This document shows positions 8,182 through 14,153 of a stretch of DNA of 20,000 nt, piece by piece. Within the stretch, counting starts at the first letter, position 1. Every line of letters begins with the position of its first letter. The notes beneath the pieces were generated by a model. The model worked only from the letters and a program-made list of their open reading frames with translations. It was not told where the DNA came from and did not search any database. A program made the position numbers and the translations under genes. This DNA is from an uncultured virus (IMG/VR IMGVR_UViG_3300031918_000015) (Duplodnaviria > Heunggongvirae > Uroviricota > Caudoviricetes), in the IMG/VR virus record IMGVR_UViG_3300031918_000015, positions 55,890 to 75,889 of that record. The stretch is one strand, 5' to 3'.

Positions 8182-8979
8182 TTGAAGAAATTGCCAAAGA
8201 ATACAAATAATATTATTAAAAATAAGGTGGTAAAAATGGACATTTTGGGTGGAGAAGCGGATGGTAAGAAACTAATTTTATATTCAGACCATTATAAAGC
8301 AGAATCTATATTTAAAGATAATGAATTAGAAATAAAAGTTACTTCTAATAAAATGACTGAAAATAATAAATATACACAAATACCATTTATAAGAGGAATT
8401 TATATTTTCTTTATGCAAAAGGTAAGTAAAGGTGATAAGAAAAAGAGAAAAATAACAATAAATATATTTGATATTATGGCTTTGTTTTTATATCTTTTAG
8501 ATAATATTATTTTTAGAATATCTCTAATGGATTATGTATATATTTTATTTATGTTAATTCACGGGTTTTCAGTATTGTTTGATAAAAATATTGCAGAACT
8601 TCATGGAGCAGAACATATGATAAGTAATTATTATAATAAGTTTCATAAAATTAGTATAAATGATATAAATAAAATTAAAAAATCTAGTGTAGTGCATAGT
8701 AGATGTGGCAGTAATTTTTATGGAATGCAAATAATTATATTATTACTGTTAAAATTTCTTATTGATGATTATATGATTAGATATTTTATAATGACTTCAT
8801 TAGTTTATGAAATTAGTTCAAGTGATAGTAAGATTTTGTATTGTATAACATATCCATTATATATAATAGGAATGTTAATGCAAAGATTATTCTTTGTAAA
8901 ACAACCAAAAGATATAGATATAAAACAGGCAATTAAAACAGTACAAGAATTGGAAGAATATGATAATGAAAGAATATAA
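8182..8979 (+). CDS. DUF1385 family (YqhQ-like) membrane protein, putative metal-dependent enzyme
   Basis: Motifs GGEA, PFIRGI, HGAEH, HSRCGSNF and Q.LF..KQP plus hydrophobic segments; start TTG 8182 or ATG 8236. Confidence 0.85.
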   Translation: MKKLPKNTNNIIKNKVVKMDILGGEADGKKLILYSDHYKAESIFKDNELEIKVTSNKMTENNKYTQIPFIRGIYIFFMQKVSKGDKKKRKITINIFDIMALFLYLLDNIIFRISLMDYVYILFMLIHGFSVLFDKNIAELHGAEHMISNYYNKFHKISINDINKIKKSSVVHSRCGSNFYGMQIIILLLLKFLIDDYMIRYFIMTSLVYEISSSDSKILYCITYPLYIIGMLMQRLFFVKQPKDIDIKQAIKTVQELEEYDNERI

Positions 8980-9060
8980 TTTGAATTGTAAAATATTAGG
9001 GACTTACTTACAAAAACAAAAGTTACAATAAAATTACATATTAGATTGTGAAAGAAACAC

Positions 9061-9177
9061 AAAAAGAGTGCTTAATGATTTAGACATAACAAACACTCTT
9101 TTAAGAAACAAATCATCCAATAGCTATGATAGTATTCAAGTACCAATGAATAAAACTTAGTGTTCGTAGCACTAAGC
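9061..9177 (-). ncRNA. Putative ~117-nt small RNA
   Basis: Minus-strand TTGACT-17-TATAAT promoter; 5' hairpin CUUAGUG-CUACGAA-CACUAAG; 3' terminator AAAAGAGUG...CACUCUUUUU; no RBS-led ORF seen. Confidence 0.65.
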
Positions 9178-9183
9178 ATCTTA

Positions 9184-9212
9184 ATTATATATAGATATTA
9201 AATTAAAGTCAA
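9184..9212 (-). promoter_or_regulatory. Minus-strand sigma-A promoter for the sRNA
   Basis: + strand AGTCAA (9207-9212) = TTGACT; ATTATA (9184-9189) = TATAAT; 17 nt spacer. Confidence 0.7.
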
Positions 9213-9277
9213 ATAAATTTTTATATAAAACTTAAAATAAAACATAAGTTTTATCAAAATTTGTCGAATGGTTTCTA

Positions 9278-9306
9278 TTGATATTTCTATTAATTTATTA
9301 TATACT
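9278..9306 (+). promoter_or_regulatory. Sigma-A promoter P7 with the repeated motif filling the spacer
   Basis: TTGATA (9278-9283), 17 nt, TATACT (9301-9306); TTCTATTAATTTATT at 9285-9299. Confidence 0.75.
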
Positions 9307-9315
9307 TAATACATA

Positions 9316-9380
9316 GATAAGGAACAAACAATTCAAGCAATCAAGTTAAGACATAAAAATAAATCTAGTGCAACGCTAGA
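9316..9380 (+). repeat. Conserved leader element, copy 1 (homologous to 12242-12349)
   Basis: GATAAGGAAC..AAACAATTCAAG-CAATCAAGTTAAGACA...TCTAGTGCAACGCTAGA aligns with the sequence in and after the hammerhead. Confidence 0.65.
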
Positions 9381-9443
9381 CGAACTATAGTAGATAGTAA
9401 ATACATAATAAACAAATTAACAGAATAGAGGAAGCGTGATAAT

Positions 9444-9803
9444 ATGGCTACAGATAAAAATAAACAAAATATAAGATTTGCGAAAACAAGTGCATCTCAA
9501 AATAAAAAAGTAAGATATGACGGATTATTAAAAGATGAGGTAACATACATAAAGACAGTTAAGAAACAAGAGCAATCAAGTAAAGACTTAGATAATTTTT
9601 ATAAAACTGTTAAAAGAAATGAAGTTGGAGCTATTGATTGGGACGGTATGGATGAAACTCAATTAGATTACTTTGATTATATTTATAAAAGTAATGAAAA
9701 ACTATTAAAGAAAATTAATAAACTAGAAGATACTAAAATAAAAGATACTGACAAAGTATTAAATATATTCTTACAATTAAATACCAACAGTCAATCGTTT
9801 TAA
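9444..9803 (+). CDS. Hypothetical protein
   Basis: 119-aa ORF with GAGGAAG RBS. Confidence 0.8.
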   Translation: MATDKNKQNIRFAKTSASQNKKVRYDGLLKDEVTYIKTVKKQEQSSKDLDNFYKTVKRNEVGAIDWDGMDETQLDYFDYIYKSNEKLLKKINKLEDTKIKDTDKVLNIFLQLNTNSQSF

Positions 9804-9860
9804 AGTATGTAGATTCAAGGGAATTAAAATAAGTTCCTTTGTATAAGCATATTAAATGCT
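9804..9860 (+). other. Long intercistronic hairpin, copy 1 (similar to 14059-14123)
   Basis: AGTATGT...CAAGGGAATT/AGTTCCTTTG...GCATATT. Confidence 0.55.
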
Positions 9861-9891
9861 AATAAATTAATACATAAAGGGAGAGATTAAA

Positions 9892-10608
9892 ATGTTAAAA
9901 GAAAAATTAATTAAGTTTTATGATGATGAACTATTAGGAGTAAAGGATGAAAATGAAATTGTTTGGATGTCTGCAAATAAAACTATGCAAGACATAGGAC
10001 TTTCAGAAGATCAATGTAAGAAGCAAGCTAGAAATATTAAGAATGATATTGTATTATCACAAGGTTATAAAATGATGAGTGCCAAATATGGCACTATGCA
10101 AGCAACTAAAGAAATGTATTTTATTAGAGAAGATTTTGTTACACTTTGGCTTGCTAAGATTTCATTGACTCCAACTATGCAAAAAGAGAACCCAAAAACA
10201 GTTGAAAAATTAGTTAAGTATCAATTTCAATGCAAAGATGTATTGCATGAAGCCTTCTTTGGAACTGAGGAAAAAAGACAACAAACTTATAATGACTTAG
10301 GTTTAGAAGGTGAAATAAAAGATTTAAAAGTAAAAATAGAAGATATGGACAAAACTATGGGGACATTAATAAATTCAGCTACAATCAATTCATATCAAGC
10401 AAAACAAATAAATAAACACGCAAGAGAAAGAGTTAGTACGATGTTAGGTGGAGCACATTCTAAAAAGTATAAAGACAATTCAAGAACGTATTTTAAAAAT
10501 TTGTGGTTAGGGTTATGTGATACATTTAATGTTTCTGAATATCGTGATTTGAATCCATTGAATTATAGCAATGCTGTCACTTATGTTAGTAACTGGTCAT
10601 TTAGCTAA
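9892..10608 (+). CDS. Phage antirepressor, P22_AR_N N-terminal plus ORF6C C-terminal domain
   Basis: 'FYDDELLG...FVTLWLAKI...EKLVKYQFQCKDVLHEAF' (P22_AR_N pattern); 'YFKNLWLGLCDTFNVSEYRDL...YSNAVTYVSNW' (ORF6C pattern). Confidence 0.85.
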   Translation: MLKEKLIKFYDDELLGVKDENEIVWMSANKTMQDIGLSEDQCKKQARNIKNDIVLSQGYKMMSAKYGTMQATKEMYFIREDFVTLWLAKISLTPTMQKENPKTVEKLVKYQFQCKDVLHEAFFGTEEKRQQTYNDLGLEGEIKDLKVKIEDMDKTMGTLINSATINSYQAKQINKHARERVSTMLGGAHSKKYKDNSRTYFKNLWLGLCDTFNVSEYRDLNPLNYSNAVTYVSNWSFS

Positions 10609-10622
10609 TTAAAAAAATATTT

Positions 10623-10657
10623 AAGGAACTATAAGAAAAAATTTTATAGTTCCTTTT
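10623..10657 (+). terminator. Intrinsic terminator
   Basis: AAGGAACTATAAGA...TTTTATAGTTCCTT-TT. Confidence 0.8.
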
Positions 10658-10801
10658 GTTATATTTTCATAAGAAAAAATAATTTTACCACAATATTATA
10701 GCGTCAGAATGGATTCCAAGGCTATATTGAATCATAAGGAATACAATTGCACCTATAGAAATAAAATTCAGTTATGAGCCTATAAAGAGAATTTTTTCTT
10801 G

Positions 10802-10839
10802 TATTAAAAACAGGTGAACCGTAAACACTTGTTTTAATA
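10802..10839. other. Intergenic inverted repeat
   Basis: TATTAAAAACAGGTG-AACCGTAAA-CACTTGTTTTAATA. Confidence 0.5.
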
Positions 10840-11015
10840 ACCAATTAAAAAACTTATTTTAATAAAAAATTCTATTAATTTATTTTAAAATTTATATACA
10901 ACAATAAATTAAAAGAGTATAATTATATTTATCAGATGGGAATAAGTTGCAAAATAATTAAATTGTAATTGCTATAGAATCTGATATAATTATTATAAGA
11001 GAGGTGCTTTAAAGT

Positions 11016-11279
11016 ATGGATAATGAAACATTAAAAGCAATAAGGACAATGTTAAAAGAAGAACTAGAACCAATAAAGGCTGACATCAAAGAATTAAAAG
11101 CAGATGTAAAAATAATTAAAGAAGACGTTAAAAGCTTAAAAGATAGCATGTCAGACATTCCGACAGATACAAAAGACATTGTTAAGGAAGTATCAGCACT
11201 GAGAAAAGATATGAGCAAAGTAGAACTTATAACGGCAAGTAACTGGGAAGAAGTCACAAAACTAAAATTAATCAAATAA
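11016..11279 (+). CDS. Small coiled-coil hypothetical protein
   Basis: GAGGTG RBS; heptads 'IKADIKELKADVKIIKEDVKSLK'; extended -10 TG-n-TATAAT at 10982-10990 and its own terminator. Confidence 0.8.
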   Translation: MDNETLKAIRTMLKEELEPIKADIKELKADVKIIKEDVKSLKDSMSDIPTDTKDIVKEVSALRKDMSKVELITASNWEEVTKLKLIK

Positions 11280-11292
11280 AAAAACTATTATT

Positions 11293-11320
11293 GCTACTGT
11301 AGAAGGTAGCTTTCTTTTTT
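11293..11320 (+). terminator. Intrinsic terminator
   Basis: GCTACT-GTAGAA-GGTAGC-TTTCTTTTTT. Confidence 0.7.
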
Positions 11321-11598
11321 ATCCATATTTAATTGAAAACAATAATCAATATTAACTTAAAACTATAATTTTATCTACTGAGGTTTTAGAACCCATAAAC
11401 AATAAAACTTACTCACCACAATGCACCAGAATCAATTTTAAGACACATAGACATATACTAAGACCTATGAAATTTAAAACGCTTATATAGTCGATATGAG
11501 TTGTATTTGTATTAGATTCTATATAGTGTTGATAAATCCAGTATTTTCAGCAATAATAAAATAATTTTAAATATTTAAACAAATTAACAGAAATAGTA

Positions 11599-11627
11599 TT
11601 GTATTATTTTAGATGATATGTTATACT
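11599..11627 (+). promoter_or_regulatory. Sigma-A promoter P8
   Basis: TTGTAT (11599-11604), 17 nt, TG-n-TATACT (11622-11627); motif AAACAAATTAACAGAA at 11577-11592. Confidence 0.65.
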
Positions 11628-11678
11628 TATATCAGAAGTTAAGTAACAGATAAAAATAAATTTAAGGGGTTGGAAGTT

Positions 11679-11843
11679 ATGAAGAGAATAGTTACTAGAG
11701 ATAAATGTGCAAAGTACATAGCAAAAAATAGTTTTTGTACCTTTGAGAGAGCAAAAGATTATATAGATAATGGTGTTGAAAATTTACCAAATAATAATAT
11801 TAAATATTTAGGATATGGAAAGTTTGAAATAGAATATAAATAA
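11679..11843 (+). CDS. Small hypothetical protein, 54 aa (MKRIVTRDKCAKYIAKNSFCTFERAKDYID...GYGKFEIEYK), not in ORF track
   Basis: AAGGGG RBS, ATG 11679, TAA 11841-11843, first ORF after P8. Confidence 0.7.
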   Translation: MKRIVTRDKCAKYIAKNSFCTFERAKDYIDNGVENLPNNNIKYLGYGKFEIEYK

Positions 11844-11897
11844 AAATTAAAGCCACCTACCAGTTGGAGGTTAAGGCATAAAAGGAGATTGGGGATT

Positions 11898-12233
11898 ATG
11901 TTAAATGAAAAATTATTAAAAGCAGTTGCAAAGTTAAATAGTGAATATGTAAACATAGAATTAGGAAATACAAGGTTTATAGATGTTATGGAGATTGAAG
12001 GTATCGGAAAATTTTTTGGAATTGGTTTAAAAGATATAGATGAAAAATTTTAAGCATTAAAAGATACTAAATATGAATATGAAAAATTTTGTGATTTATG
12101 TGATGATGGAAAAGAAGATGATTCAAAATTATTATCTGAGGTATTCGATTATTTAGAAATACAAAAATTTGCTCAATCCATTGTTAATAAAATTGCTACA
12201 AGAATGCAAGAAAGAATTAATGAAGTATTATAA
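11898..12233 (+). pseudogene. Interrupted 111-codon hypothetical gene (in-frame TAA at 12051-12053)
   Basis: AAGGAG RBS; MLNEKLLKAVAKL...DIDEKF*ALKDTKYEYEKFCDLC...RINEVL*; frame stays open 59 more codons after the internal stop. Confidence 0.7.
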
Positions 12234-12291
12234 GTAAGTTTGATAAGGAACGTGAGAGTCGCCGAAACTAGCTGACAGGCTAGTCGCTTAC
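12234..12291 (+). ncRNA. Type I hammerhead ribozyme (U3:A8 core variant), predicted cleavage after C12285
   Basis: Stem I GUAAGU/GCUUAC; core UUGAUAA (12240-12246); stem II closed by G12247-C12263; GAAA (12264-12267); stem III ACUAGCU/GGCUAGU; GUC triplet 12283-12285. Confidence 0.85.
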
Positions 12292-12349
12292 AAAAACATT
12301 TCAAGACAATTAAGTAAGACAGAATTTAAAACACTAGTGCAATGCTAGT
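12292..12349 (+). repeat. Conserved leader element, copy 2
   Basis: AAAAACATTTCAAGACAATTAAGTAAGACA...ACTAGTGCAATGCTAGT, homologous to 9326-9380. Confidence 0.65.
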
Positions 12350-12398
12350 TACATAAATAGAGTATAAATAAGCAACATAAAAGGAGGATAGTTACATT

Positions 12399-12605
12399 AT
12401 GACAAATTTTAATAAAAATAATATTAATAAAAACACTAGAGGATTAGTAGTAGGAGGAATCAGTATAATTATTGCAGTATTGTATCATCAAAAAACAACA
12501 GATAATTTACAAAGTAAATTGGAGTATTGTAAAAGTAAGTTATCTGAAAGTGAAAGATATAAAAACAAATACTATGACGCTATTCAAAACTATGATTATG
12601 ACTAA
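12399..12605 (+). CDS. Small membrane-anchored protein (one TM segment plus coiled coil)
   Basis: AAGGAGG RBS; hydrophobic 'GLVVGGISIIIAVLY'. Confidence 0.75.
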   Translation: MTNFNKNNINKNTRGLVVGGISIIIAVLYHQKTTDNLQSKLEYCKSKLSESERYKNKYYDAIQNYDYD

Positions 12606-12620
12606 ATTGGAGATGATGAG

Positions 12621-12860
12621 ATGATTAAATTTAAAGATGTAAAGATAACTAAAGTAAAAATAGGTGGTACGATAAGTGCAAGTGACAGTGATTATGGAGC
12701 ATATTGCAATTATTATAAAGTGAAATTAAAACATAAACCAACCGGAATAAAAATAGAGTATAAAACTGACTCAGACGATGAAGAAGAATATATAGAATCA
12801 ATTAAAGCATTTGAAAAATTAAATAATTTAGTTGAAAATTTACTAAAAAATAAAGGGTAG
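12621..12860 (+). CDS. Hypothetical protein, weak resemblance to the RF-1 (release factor GGQ) domain
   Basis: GGAG RBS; 'VKLKHKPTGIKIE' resembles 'VRITHxPTGIxV'; no GGQ. Confidence 0.65.
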   Translation: MIKFKDVKITKVKIGGTISASDSDYGAYCNYYKVKLKHKPTGIKIEYKTDSDDEEEYIESIKAFEKLNNLVENLLKNKG

Positions 12861-12980
12861 ATAAAATATCTATTTTATGGTAAAGTTGGTTTTGAAAAAC
12901 AGAGTATAAACGAGTATTTAAGAGTATATGGAAGGTTAAAAATCCATTAAAACAAATTAAGATAAATATGAAAAGAATTA

Positions 12981-13009
12981 TTGACATGATTTAGGTGATA
13001 TGATAATAT
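12981..13009 (+). promoter_or_regulatory. Sigma-A promoter P9 (near copy of P2 in the -10/TSS region)
   Basis: TTGACA (12981-12986), 17 nt, TG-n-TAATAT (13004-13009); TGATAATATAAGGTTnnGAAAYAAATTAATA shared with P2. Confidence 0.8.
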
Positions 13010-13059
13010 AAGGTTAAGAAATAAATTAATAATAATTACATAGAAGGAGTTGTATTAAA

Positions 13060-13680
13060 ATGATAAATGTAGGAAAACAGAATCAAGAAATAATTGAAAA
13101 ATTTTATGAGGACAATAAGGATTCAGTTATTGAATTATCACCAAAAGAAATTGGTTTAAGAGATGATATACATATTAAAGGAGCAAGAACTACAAGATTT
13201 AACAAAGACCTTGGATATGCTTTAAGAGCATTTAGAGAAAAACAATTAGAACTTAATAAAACTATTATTGTTAGAAAACTTAGCAACAAAGGTTATGTGT
13301 TAGTTTCAGGTTTAAAATGGTATAGGCTAGCACAATTATTAAATGTAAATATTAAATGTATTGTTGTAGATAGTAAATTATCTCATTGTAATTTTGAAAA
13401 GAATATTGGAATAATTCAAAAGCATACAAAACAACCAAAAGATACTGAATATTTTTTGAATTATAAAGATTTAGTGATATTAGACATAATGAAAATAAGA
13501 CAACCTAAACGTGAAAAGAAATTAGCTAAGTTTGATATATTTGGGAATAACAAAGGTGTAGAAAGTGCTATAACTGTAAGACAAAGACCTGATGGGAAAT
13601 ATGCTCTAGTGGATGGATATATCAGTTATTTATGGCTTAAAGAACAAAAAGAGAAATGGATTCCAGTTAAAGTTGTTTAA
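13060..13680 (+). CDS. Protein with two ParB-N/sulfiredoxin-like domains
   Basis: 'TIIVRKLSNKGYVLVSGLKWYRLAQLL...IKCIV' and 'AITVRQRPDGKYALVDGYISYLWLKE...IPVKV'. Confidence 0.65.
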   Translation: MINVGKQNQEIIEKFYEDNKDSVIELSPKEIGLRDDIHIKGARTTRFNKDLGYALRAFREKQLELNKTIIVRKLSNKGYVLVSGLKWYRLAQLLNVNIKCIVVDSKLSHCNFEKNIGIIQKHTKQPKDTEYFLNYKDLVILDIMKIRQPKREKKLAKFDIFGNNKGVESAITVRQRPDGKYALVDGYISYLWLKEQKEKWIPVKVV

Positions 13681-13704
13681 TAAATTAAAGGAGTTTACGA
13701 TATT

Positions 13705-14055
13705 ATGGAAAAATATTATGATAATGAAGAATTTTTATTAAAAAGAAAAAGAGAATTACTACAGGAGTTAGATAAAATAAATAATCAATTAAAATTTACA
13801 AAAGATGATAAATTAAAAGAAAATAAAAAAATAATTAAAACTATTCCAATTACGGAAGAAGAATTTTCAAGTAAAATAGAAAGATTGAAAAATAAAGATA
13901 CAATAACAGTTGTAGCTACTGGTAATCTTGAATATCAAGGAAGTATTGGAGATAAAATTCTATACACTACTTGCAAATCTATAGAACAGGTAGCATGGTG
14001 TTTATACGGTTTTATAGTAAATGATGCTTATGAATCAGTATTAGATGTATATTAA
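13705..14055 (+). CDS. Hypothetical protein
   Basis: AAGGAG RBS, 116 aa. Confidence 0.8.
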   Translation: MEKYYDNEEFLLKRKRELLQELDKINNQLKFTKDDKLKENKKIIKTIPITEEEFSSKIERLKNKDTITVVATGNLEYQGSIGDKILYTTCKSIEQVAWCLYGFIVNDAYESVLDVY

Positions 14056-14058
14056 TGT

Positions 14059-14123
14059 AGTATGTGAATTTAAGGATATCTAATTAAGGTATCCTTATGT
14101 GGGCATATTAAAAAATAATATGT
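14059..14123 (+). other. Long intercistronic hairpin, copy 2 (similar to 9804-9860)
   Basis: AGTATGT...TAAGGATATCT/AGGTATCCTTA...GCATATT. Confidence 0.55.
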
Positions 14124-14153
14124 GAATAAATCAAAATAAAAGGAGAGAAGAGA

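Noticed and set aside
11852..11877. GC-rich hairpin GCCACCTACCAGTTGGAGGTTAAGGC as a ribozyme or terminator
   Set aside because: No catalytic core and no U tract; at most a small intercistronic stem before the RBS.
6294..12053. Stop-codon reassignment (TAA read as sense)
   Set aside because: Most intact genes in the window terminate at TAA, often directly before terminators; two isolated stops fit mutation or sequencing error better.
178..13032. Recurrent AAACAAATTAA motif as a CRISPR or mini-array repeat
   Set aside because: Copies are short, irregularly spaced, in both orientations and tied to promoters; there is no repeat-spacer periodicity and no cas gene.
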